Shown piece after piece: positions 15,425 to 24,500 of a DNA stretch of 64,000 nt. This stretch comes from a virus. The translations under genes and the position numbers were made by a program. The stretch is from the IMG/VR virus record IMGVR_UViG_3300022804_000001; one strand, written 5' to 3'. Numbering within the stretch: position 1 is the stretch's first letter; each line of letters starts with the position of its first letter. The notes under the pieces are model-generated. The model did not search any database, had not been told where the DNA came from, and was given only the letters and a program-made list of their open reading frames with translations.

Positions 15425-16157
15425 AGGTATGCGTCCACTTTCAAATGTGGAAATTGAAAAAGTCACCGAAGCATTACGTGCGTCCGATGGTATGTATAGC
15501 GTTCGCAATACTGGACTTTTTTTGCTTGGTGTATCTGTAGGCGGACGTATCTCCGAGATGTTGTCTCTGACAATCCGAGATGTTTGGGATTTCAAAGGGG
15601 ATAAACCGATTGATGATTTCTATTTTCGGAAAGAGATTGTCAAAGGCAAAGAGGAAGCGCGTCGTGTTCCATTGAACCTTGATGGTCGGAATGCTATCGG
15701 TATGTTAGTCGCTTGGCAAGAGACGCACACAGGTAGCATAAAGCCTTCTGATCCGCTCTTTCTTTCACGCAAAAGCGATTCTGATGGAAATAAGCGACCT
15801 TTCCAACGTAAGCAGGCTGAACGCATACTCAAGAATGCGTTTGCAGCTGCAGGGCTTACAGGAAGGCTAAATACCCACACATTACGAAAAAGTTTCGCGA
15901 CGCGTCTTTACAATGTGCGTCGCGATATTGTAGCAGTGCAAGAGGCGTTAGGTCATGCTTCAATCGTGACCACACGCGAATATCTTGGTGTGGACTATAG
16001 TATGCTGCGGTCGGATGTGGAACGGATAGCAATTGCAGCGGGACCAGAGAACACCACGCCAGTTTGTCGGGCAACAGATGAAGAACTGATGGTAGAACTT
16101 CTCAAGCGCGGATACCATAACCTAAAAGACGAAACGAGTAATGACGAGATTCAATAA
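15417..16157 (+). CDS. int: tyrosine recombinase / phage integrase (short form)
   Basis: 246 aa with AAGGAGG RBS. GGRISEMLSL (catalytic Arg box) and HTLRKSFATRLY...EALGHASIVTTREYLG (H-x-x-R ... Y) are classic tyrosine-recombinase motifs. No N-terminal arm-binding domain. Confidence 0.85.
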   Translation: MSKGMRPLSNVEIEKVTEALRASDGMYSVRNTGLFLLGVSVGGRISEMLSLTIRDVWDFKGDKPIDDFYFRKEIVKGKEEARRVPLNLDGRNAIGMLVAWQETHTGSIKPSDPLFLSRKSDSDGNKRPFQRKQAERILKNAFAAAGLTGRLNTHTLRKSFATRLYNVRRDIVAVQEALGHASIVTTREYLGVDYSMLRSDVERIAIAAGPENTTPVCRATDEELMVELLKRGYHNLKDETSNDEIQ

Positions 16158-16213
16158 CGGTTTTTAGGTGTCGTTATTTTCAGAATCATCTATAATCTTG
16201 TGAGGAAAAATAA

Positions 16214-16570
16214 GTGAAAGCAAAAGATAAACTCAAAAAATGGGTTGACGAAAACCCTGAAGGTTATCTTGAAATGAGTTTCAGAGAGATAGCTAATGAG
16301 ATTGGTATTAGCCACGCAACTGTTGACAGAAACTTAATCAGAATTATCGCTGAACGTGACGGTCTGCTTCCATCTCAAGTAAAATTCAAACGGAGCGAAG
16401 CAGGCTTCACTTTTACTACCGCGGGCGATACGAAGCTCTCTGACGAGCAAATTAACAAAATCCAGGAGTTGTGGAATCAAGGGTTCTATGATCTTGACGA
16501 TATAGCATACATTGTTAAAGTTGATAAACGGACAGTTGAGAAGTATCTGTCAAAAATTGAAAGGAGTTGA
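16214..16570 (+). CDS. DNA-binding protein with two HTH-like segments
   Basis: 118 aa, GTG start 8 nt after GAGGA. MSFREIANEIGISHATVDRNL and DLDDIAYIVKVDKRTVEKYL are the HTH-like segments. Confidence 0.6.
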   Translation: MKAKDKLKKWVDENPEGYLEMSFREIANEIGISHATVDRNLIRIIAERDGLLPSQVKFKRSEAGFTFTTAGDTKLSDEQINKIQELWNQGFYDLDDIAYIVKVDKRTVEKYLSKIERS

Positions 16571-16571
16571 A

Positions 16572-17237
16572 GTGAACGCGTTAGTCCCAATCCAAAAGAA
16601 ATATGAAATACAAGATCATGGTCTCAACCTTTTCTTTTACAAAGACAACAGGGAATATCTGTTTGTTTTTGAGGATAAAGAATCCGATATAGACATTGAG
16701 CATCATGAGGGTAGACTTATCTATATTCCGTATTCACTGATGCTTGTAGATGCGTTTTACAATGGCGTGCTAACACCCATGGATATGATGTTACCTTGCA
16801 CTGATACCGATGCGAATTCTATGTTAGCGTGGGTTATTATTCATACTATTAGTGATCGGCAAAACAGACCACCTGGCATGACTGCAGCCATGTCCATCAC
16901 GCTCAATTGTATGCTATGTGCAGTTGCTCGCGAAAAAATAACGTCACTTGATCCACAGGTAGTCGCTCTGATCGATATAGAAAAAGTTAATTTTTTTGAG
17001 AAGTTATTCGCTGGTGAGAAGATCGCCGATGACGATGTATCTACTCGTGACAGTGTCATGATGCTTGTTGCTGAGTACGTTGACCAGTTTTTTGAAGATT
17101 GTGTAATACCGCTATACGAAGGAGATGTTTCAGGGCTTATCAAGACAATTTCTGGCTATTACAAAAGGTTTGCGGAATCCATAGCGGATAGAGTAGATGT
17201 TATTCAATTTCACCCTGAAGTATTGGAAAAATTATAG
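16572..17237 (+). CDS. hypothetical protein
   Basis: GTG at 16572 lies 5 nt after AAGGAG (16561-16566). The track start at 16512 lies inside the previous gene. Confidence 0.55.
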   Translation: MNALVPIQKKYEIQDHGLNLFFYKDNREYLFVFEDKESDIDIEHHEGRLIYIPYSLMLVDAFYNGVLTPMDMMLPCTDTDANSMLAWVIIHTISDRQNRPPGMTAAMSITLNCMLCAVAREKITSLDPQVVALIDIEKVNFFEKLFAGEKIADDDVSTRDSVMMLVAEYVDQFFEDCVIPLYEGDVSGLIKTISGYYKRFAESIADRVDVIQFHPEVLEKL

Positions 17238-17239
17238 AT

Positions 17240-17767
17240 ATGAAAAATGAATTCTACCATTATTCACAAAAACCGATCATTAACCTAAACCAACAAGAAA
17301 TTGTGTTTGGTGATACCTACGATGAAAAACGTAAGCATGGTAAATACCACTTATGTCCTTTCATGAAACCTGATGGTTTTTGGTTTTCCCCGGAAAATGA
17401 CAAGCAAGAGTATGATGGCAGTTGGCGCGACTACTTGCAACAAGAATGTCACGGAGGTGAGCTTTTAAATTACAAGTATCATGTGGAGTTAGCATCGTGT
17501 GCGAACTTATTGATATTAGATACAGTTGCAAAGATGTATGAGTTTAACAAAAGGTATTTGTTGTATTACGAAGAGCCGGTGCTTCGTTCACTTGCGATTT
17601 TATGGCAGAAAGTTGCTTTAGACTATCAAGGTATCATCATAGCACCCTACCACGATTCTCTACGGTTACATCCAAATTTTCGTTGGTATTACCTCTGGGA
17701 TTGTGCATCGGGCTGTGTATGGGATATATCGGCAGTTCAATCTATTAAACTACAACAAGGTGGTTAA
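17240..17767 (+). CDS. hypothetical protein
   Basis: 175-aa ATG ORF, the last gene of the rightward block. Confidence 0.6.
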   Translation: MKNEFYHYSQKPIINLNQQEIVFGDTYDEKRKHGKYHLCPFMKPDGFWFSPENDKQEYDGSWRDYLQQECHGGELLNYKYHVELASCANLLILDTVAKMYEFNKRYLLYYEEPVLRSLAILWQKVALDYQGIIIAPYHDSLRLHPNFRWYYLWDCASGCVWDISAVQSIKLQQGG

Positions 17768-17784
17768 TTTTGACCACCCTTTTC
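17759..17784 (+). terminator. hairpin at the early/late convergence point
   Basis: GGTGGT-TAATTTTG-ACCACC followed by CTTTTC. It overlaps the stops of both convergent genes. Confidence 0.4.
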
Positions 17785-17998
17785 ATTTCCAGATAGCCAC
17801 CACGACGGCAGCGATAGCAACAGAGATGGCAATCCAAGATTTTATATCTGTCCAGAATTCGCCGCGTCCTTCAAGTTTGCCACGCACCCATGCCATGCCT
17901 TGCTCCAGCGATGATAATCTACCTTCGATAGACGACATTCTCTCATTCATTTGGGAGAGTTGATCTAATATGAGTTCTTCAAACTTTTCTTGATTCAT
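17783..17998 (-). CDS. small tail-anchored membrane protein (coiled coil + C-terminal TM)
   Basis: 71 aa. RBS AACGGAGAAACGGAGG. C-terminal WIAISVAIAAVVVAIW. It has its own upstream sigma70-like promoter. Confidence 0.65.
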   Translation of the reverse strand: MNQEKFEELILDQLSQMNERMSSIEGRLSSLEQGMAWVRGKLEGRGEFWTDIKSWIAISVAIAAVVVAIWK

Positions 17999-18092
17999 TG
18001 GGGTCCTCCGTTTCTCCGTTTGTTTCGCCTACCAGCAGGACAGCTTGAGGGCTGCCCTTTGCAATGCTGGCTTCGGCACGAAGATCGTAACG

Positions 18093-18121
18093 TATTATAA
18101 TATGTTTTTAAGATGGTATCA
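18093..18121 (-). promoter_or_regulatory. near-consensus sigma70 promoter (TTGATA-17-TATAAT), leftward
   Basis: Minus strand: TTGATA (18121-18116), 17-nt spacer, TATAAT (18098-18093). An ~85-nt leader precedes the gene at 17998. Confidence 0.6.
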
Positions 18122-18284
18122 ACAAAAATCAGAAATAACAGCAATCAGGCAAGGGACACACCGATGCCACTTGGTGTGCTTTCCTTTGGCGAGGTTACCT
18201 TGCTTCTTGCTGTTTCAACTGCAAGGAGATGCTACCTTCGGTGGTGGTGGTTGAAGGTATGCGTCTCTATTTGTCTTGCATGTT

Positions 18285-18479
18285 CTAAAACTCTATCCGA
18301 AAAAGTCTCACGACAAGTTTCTGAATCCAATTCAGATGTCGGAAATGCATATCTATTGCTTTGAGCCGTGCTTCTGCATCTTCCGCTTTTTTCTGCCACT
18401 CTTGTATCTTCGCTTTCTGGGCTTTGATGAGTGTTTCTCGGAGTTCGTATTTTCGTTTAAGTTCAGTTTCGGTGTCCAT
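18285..18479 (-). CDS. hypothetical coiled-coil protein (frame B)
   Basis: 64-aa ORF with a helical, heptad-like sequence but no SD. It overlaps 18353-18559 in another frame. The two may be one gene split by a frameshift. Confidence 0.35.
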   Translation of the reverse strand: MDTETELKRKYELRETLIKAQKAKIQEWQKKAEDAEARLKAIDMHFRHLNWIQKLVVRLFRIEF

Positions 18480-18559
18480 AGTTTTGGAATATAAAGTACT
18501 GGTTTTCTCGGCTGTGGGACTTCAACCTTCTTTTCTTCCCCAAGTAAACTGTTTTTCAT
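18353..18559 (-). CDS. hypothetical small protein (frame A) immediately after the giant gene
   Basis: The ATG at 18559 abuts the giant-gene stop (TAAATG) with GAGGTG upstream. The C-terminal half is an extremely basic, low-complexity read of the coiled-coil frame. Confidence 0.35.
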   Translation of the reverse strand: MKNSLLGEEKKVEVPQPRKPVLYIPKLWTPKLNLNENTNSEKHSSKPRKRRYKSGRKKRKMQKHGSKQ

Positions 18560-21500
18560 TTATTCACCTCGTATTTGCTGTATGCGTGGAATCTCGCGCA
18601 CAAACGGGAATCGTAAACCGAATTCAGTAGCAGCAGCCCTTGGTTTACCAGCAAATAACTCACCAGCAATACGTGAAGTAATACCGATCACCGGTGCGCT
18701 AAAGAAGCTGCTAATCATCTGTGATGCACGATACGGGTTTTGGTCAGATATTTGTGATATTTCAATAATAGTTGATATTGCGCCAGCAGCTTGTGATTGT
18801 GCCAGTGCTTCAAGAATGCGATTACGATCTTCATCGCGTTCGCGTCCCCGCAGTGCATTGAACACAGAAGTCATCACAGCAGCAGAACCCATCATGAAGC
18901 CTGCACCGATAGCGAGACGCATAGCAGGCTTAAGATTTCCCGCTTTCGCTTGTTTTGCAGCGTATCGCATCTGCTCCCAAATAAATTGATGCATTTGTGC
19001 GCTCCATGCTTTGTATTTGAAAAAAGTTCGTAGCATCGGATTTTTCTTTGTGAGAAAATTTGGCATAGACAGTGCGTTATATCCTTTAAAAATGCGTGTT
19101 GACACATATCTTGCCGATTTTGCCATCTCATCACCAATCAGATCAACCATCGGATGTGTCGGTGCTGGCGTGTCAGGTGGACGTAACCCACCAAGCATCA
19201 TTGCGCCATCAAGGACACGTCTTTCAGCCTCTTTTACAAGGTCATCCAAAGATGGAGCTTCATTGTTAGTCAAAGCTTCGTTATACTGTTGTACTGCAGC
19301 AGGTGATATGTTTAGTTCCTGTAATCGTGAAATTGTATTTTTGTTTGGGTTCTGAATGTGTGCTTGTATAGCGTCGCGAGCAGTTTCCCAACCGACAGCT
19401 GTTCCCATGAGTCGCGACCATTTCTCCGTTGTTGTGAATCCTATCATAGACATATACCGGTTTTGCAACTCACCTTGTGCGAGGTAATCACGAGCTTTAT
19501 TAAGTGTTGCCCCAAAGCGCGGTAGCATTTGACGAAACTCAGTGTCAGTGCTAAATCGTTGTAAACCTATCATTAAAGGTTTTGAACCGGACATTGCTGC
19601 CAACCACGGTACCTCTGCGATATTCTGTGCTGCGTTGCCGAATCCAAGTGTAAACATTGTTGTCATTGAGTTTAGAAGTTGCCAAAACTTGTTGGATTGA
19701 CTATCAACAGGCTCAAGTTGATCCCAGTGTCCAAGTCCTTGCACAATTTTTCGCAATGTTTGTTCACGGAGTTGTCTCGTTTCAAAAAACGGCACCATGA
19801 TCTTAACAAATGTGGTATCTTTTGCAGCTTTCGTTTCTCCTTTGATAGTCCATTGGGCATCACCTTTTTGTTCAATCAGTCCGATGCGCTGTAGAGATTC
19901 AAGCACCTCCGGTGTCCATCCTTCTGGGTTTTCGCGTTGCATTCTCTCAATGTCAACAGGATGGTCAGGTGGTGGTGGCGGTTTATCTTCCCAATACTGT
20001 GGATCGCGGACGGGGTGTTTCCAGTTTCGCAAAATATGGTAGGCTTGTGTTTCACCTTCAACGAAGCTCGGCAGCTTTTCAAACATTTCGTGCGACAATA
20101 AGGTGTCCGTCAACACTTTCAGGGCATGTTCATCAGCATCAAGCGTTGTCTGTTCAAGCCTTGAGAGATATTTTTGTAGACGTGGATGTTTTCCAGTTGC
20201 CGGGTCATGCTGTCCCCACACACTGATTTCAGCGAACCTACGCCAGAATAAAGCCGTGTGGTCAAGTAGTGTCATCACATCACGATTATAGAGTCGATCA
20301 TGTGTTTCTCGTGCAATTTCAAGACTACCAAATCGACCTAATAAGTCAGATTCTTTCGTTGCGAGTTGTTGCTGTGCCATTGCGTAGCTTGCATTCCAAA
20401 ACGCGCGTGCCCCAGCGATAGCAGCTTGTTTGCTATCATAGGTTTCACCTGTGCGAGTGAACTCATAGATCCGTCCATCATCCGTATCACGAATAATGAA
20501 GCCGGGGACTTCTTCTATGTCTGGGTCACGTTCTGCTTCCAACAATCTGTCTAACACACCTGTTTCCACTTGGTTCATAAGTTCTGTCCAGTGTGATCTT
20601 GGATATACATGCGGCATATAGAGATAAGATGTTTCATCAATTGCTTGTTCAAGGGTAAGCGTTGCGCCATCTGAATCCCGAATAAACATTTTGTAATCAT
20701 CTAACCATCTATGTCCGGGCAAGATCGGTGTCCACGGTTTTGGTTCTTTACCACTTGTACTATAAACAAGCAGCTGTTCACCGAGTGCTTCAACTTTTTC
20801 TCGGAGTTGCATCATATAAATATCATGTGCTTTAAGTATTTTCCGCCAAGTTTCCTTCCAACCTGTAGCGATTTGTGCAATTTCAGCGTCCTCTATAGGT
20901 GTATTTTCCTCCATGAAACGGTACACCTGTTCGCTAATCATCGAGTATACAGCCTCCCGTGCAGCACCTTTTTGCCCTTTCGTTCGTTGCTTGGCGAGAT
21001 CAATTAATTCCTTGCGATGCGATTCAAGAGTATTTAGGTCTCGAGCAGTGCCTTGTTCCTGTAGACGGAGCAGGTGTTCTGCGATTTCTCTGATTTCCGC
21101 GCCAACTGGTCCCATCGTTTCAAGATTGCGGTATCCTGACATATACTCGCGACGTGTGCGTTCAAGGTTCAATTTCATTTTCGGTGTGTATCCATCCAGT
21201 TTTGCTTTCAAAGACGCAGCAGGGTCAAACAAACTTCTTAGTCGACTAAAAAACCCAATTTTATCAGGGTTCACTGTTCCTGGTTCTGTGCCGTGTGGCA
21301 CAAAATAACTACCGGGTGCAACTCTGTTGGCTGCTGTTGTATAGTCGCGTAAAACAGGGTCTTGGACACCTTGTGGCAAATCTGAACCTAACACCTGTTT
21401 CTGTTCTAAAGGTATACCGTCTATCCAAGCAGATGCGAATTCAGGCTTACCGCGAATGGTACTGTGCAGGTTTGCCATGCCATCGGTATTATTACCGCGA

Positions 21501-24500
21501 CCGACAAATATATGCATCTTTGTTGCTTGTGCAGCGTTAAGGTATCCGTCCAATGTGCCCAATATATCGCGACGATTCATATCCATAAAGCCCTGTTTTT
21601 CTACAACAGAACGTATGTTTCCAGCGTCATCTGTCATGATGAAGGTTGTCCAGCCATCAGGGGTTTTTAGAAACGAGCCAATAAAAGGAGCTTCAGGCAA
21701 TCCGTTCTGTAGGTCAAGTTTTTGTTCTTCTAACCACATCTCGTCACCAGTCTTATCAAATTGACTTGTTGCATAAGTGCCTTCATTGATGATAACTTCT
21801 GCAGCGAGTCTGTTACCAAAACGATCTCTCCATTTCTGTGTTGTTACTTTGTCATCTGCGGAGAACTTTGCGATCTTACTGGTATGGTTATGCACCCGGA
21901 TAAAATCATCAGCTCCTGTTTCATCCAAAAGTCGTTCAACTTCGTCCATTGAACCGGGAGTTGTTGTATCTGACTGTCCGAGCGAAAACCATTCAGCCCC
22001 AACAACTATATTAGATTTCCGCAGAAGAATAAGCGTGCTTTCAACAAGTGGGTTACGAATGAATTGTGCTAAGATCGCGCCTTCCGCAGCGGAACGCAAA
22101 TTCCGTCCTCGGAGTTGGAAGTATTTGTTCATCTTTATCTGTCTGTCGGTAACTTGAAGCGGTTTACGTTGTAAGGTAGGTGTCTCTTGAATAATCGTGT
22201 TGATTTTCTGACGATATTCTTTGCGGACATCAGCACGTTCTGTTTTTGTTTTGGGATAAGCGTGCTCCCAATTAGCGTTTGGTGATTTACGTTTGTAGTC
22301 CGAGAATTCATCGTTTCGGTCGCGAGCCAGTTCTTCATAGTATTCCAAATCTTCAATATCTTGTTCTGGATCAAAATCATCAGGCATATCATCAGGATCA
22401 AGCCCCATATCTAACATCGCCTGCTGTTTTATAGCTTCTTCATCTTGGACATCTTCGGATTTTTCTTCTGTTGTTTGTTGTTCATCTCCGAATAAACTTG
22501 GTTGTGTAGTTTCTTGGGTTTGTTTTTTCGGTTTTGTCGTTTCTTCAATAACCTCGTTGAGCATATCCAGTTTGCTGGGACCCATATACTCCTTTGTGCC
22601 TTTAAACAAAGATTTTTGTATAGCGACACTTACACCGCTCGCCTTGATGTTTTCAATGGCTTTAGCAACATAGTTGATAACGACATTTGCGATGGGACCG
22701 GTGTCTTTGATACCATTGAACGTACGCATCAGCACGATAGATTCTGGTGTGAGTGTTGGGTCAGCATCCGGCGACATAGAATCTATATGTGCGGCGGCTT
22801 GTCCGATTTTAAAGTTGTTCGGTTCACCACGTAGGTGTGAAAGATATTGTAGTGCGGCGCCGACATCATCAGAGATAGAGAGTGCTTGTACATTCGGGTG
22901 ATAGAGTTGTAGCAACGCATCAAACTTTGCAAGATGTGGCAGCATCATCATCAAAGCGCGTGTATTTTGTGTTGGGACTAATGTGCCATTCTCCTTTGCT
23001 TCAAACATGAGTTTCCCTCGTTCTGAAGTAAAGGTTTTTGCAAGCACAGCATTTTCAAACAGGTGTCTTGCGTTAGGGGCAAGTTTACGCGTGTTACCGC
23101 GTCGGTATCGTGACCGTTCTGCTTGATCCAGCTCGTCTATAAATTCAAGAAATGCTGTTAGATTTTGATCTGTTGGATCTGCTAACATTTCAGCGATTGT
23201 TTTCCGATTACTACCACCTGTTTCTCCGAAACTAAACGCATCAAAAATATCTGATGTCAATGATTCGGCATCTTGGACAGCTTGATGTTCGGCGGTGCGC
23301 GGTGCAGCGTCAGGCGTGTTAGAAGCTTCACCAAACGCTTTCGGATCGCTGATTTCCCCAATAACTTGCCGGACTAATACAGGTTCAGTAAACTGTTCTA
23401 AAACGGCAGGATCTATGCCAAATTCAGGTAATCTTTCTGTGAGAGCTTGTAGGTAGGCTTCGGCTGTTCCACCAGCACGCAAGTAAATAAGTTTCAATAA
23501 GATCAAGCGATGATTCCCACCGACAGCATCATAGGAATTAAGCAGTGTAGGTGTACCGCGTCCCATCCCTTGTGTTTTTTCTAAAGGCAGGTTAGGATTG
23601 AACTGATTAGCCCGTGCGCGTTCCTGTATTTCCTCGTAACGCCCTTCGGCGCGTCCTTGTATTCCTAAATCCCAGTTATATGCGGGGTTACGTTCTAACG
23701 AAACACGATTATCAGAAAGTTTGTGTGATGCAACGGCTGATCTGTGTTCTATCAGTTTATAGACAACAGGTGTTTCTTCCCACGAACCGTCGGATTGTTG
23801 CCAACGAATAACGTCTTGATCCCCTTCATACTCAGGCAACGTTTCGCGTTCCGTATCTACTTCTGCACGCGCAGCTTCTTCGGGAGTAGGTTCGGCTTCA
23901 GGTGTTGCTGGCGTTTGTGTTTCTACTTCCGTTTCTTCGGACGGTGTGTCTTGTGTTTGATCTGTCCGATTCGTGTATGCCAACAATTCCTCAAGTGTGT
24001 TGAATGTTGGATAAAATGCATTCCATTCTCCGTCACCCCAATCATGTTCGTCAAAAGAATGAACATTTTCAGCTGTTGATAATGCTTGCGCTTCATCTAT
24101 TGTCCGTTTTGGATCATAGGCATAAAATATAACCTTTTCTGGCACTTCTTTTGTTTTACTTTCGTCGACAAGCCCAATCCCTGTAAACGTTGTTCCGTCT
24201 TGCGCGAATTTGACTGTGTGTTTACTTATATGTTCTATTCCACCTATACGTTGGTCGCCTTCAAGTAAGGAATATCCGGTATAATGATTTCCCATACCTT
24301 CTAACTCTACACGGGTACTGTCAATTTGTTCGTCTGTAAGATTACCGAGGTATTCTGGTTTAAAGGGTGTTGATACATAGTCACCTTCTATTTCTTCTCG
24401 CAACGGGGTAATATCTTCATTTTCTGTTGTTCCCGCAGTTTCCGTTTCGCTATCTTCTTCAGGTTCTTCTGTTTGTGTTTGCGTTGTTGCTGTGCTGTCA

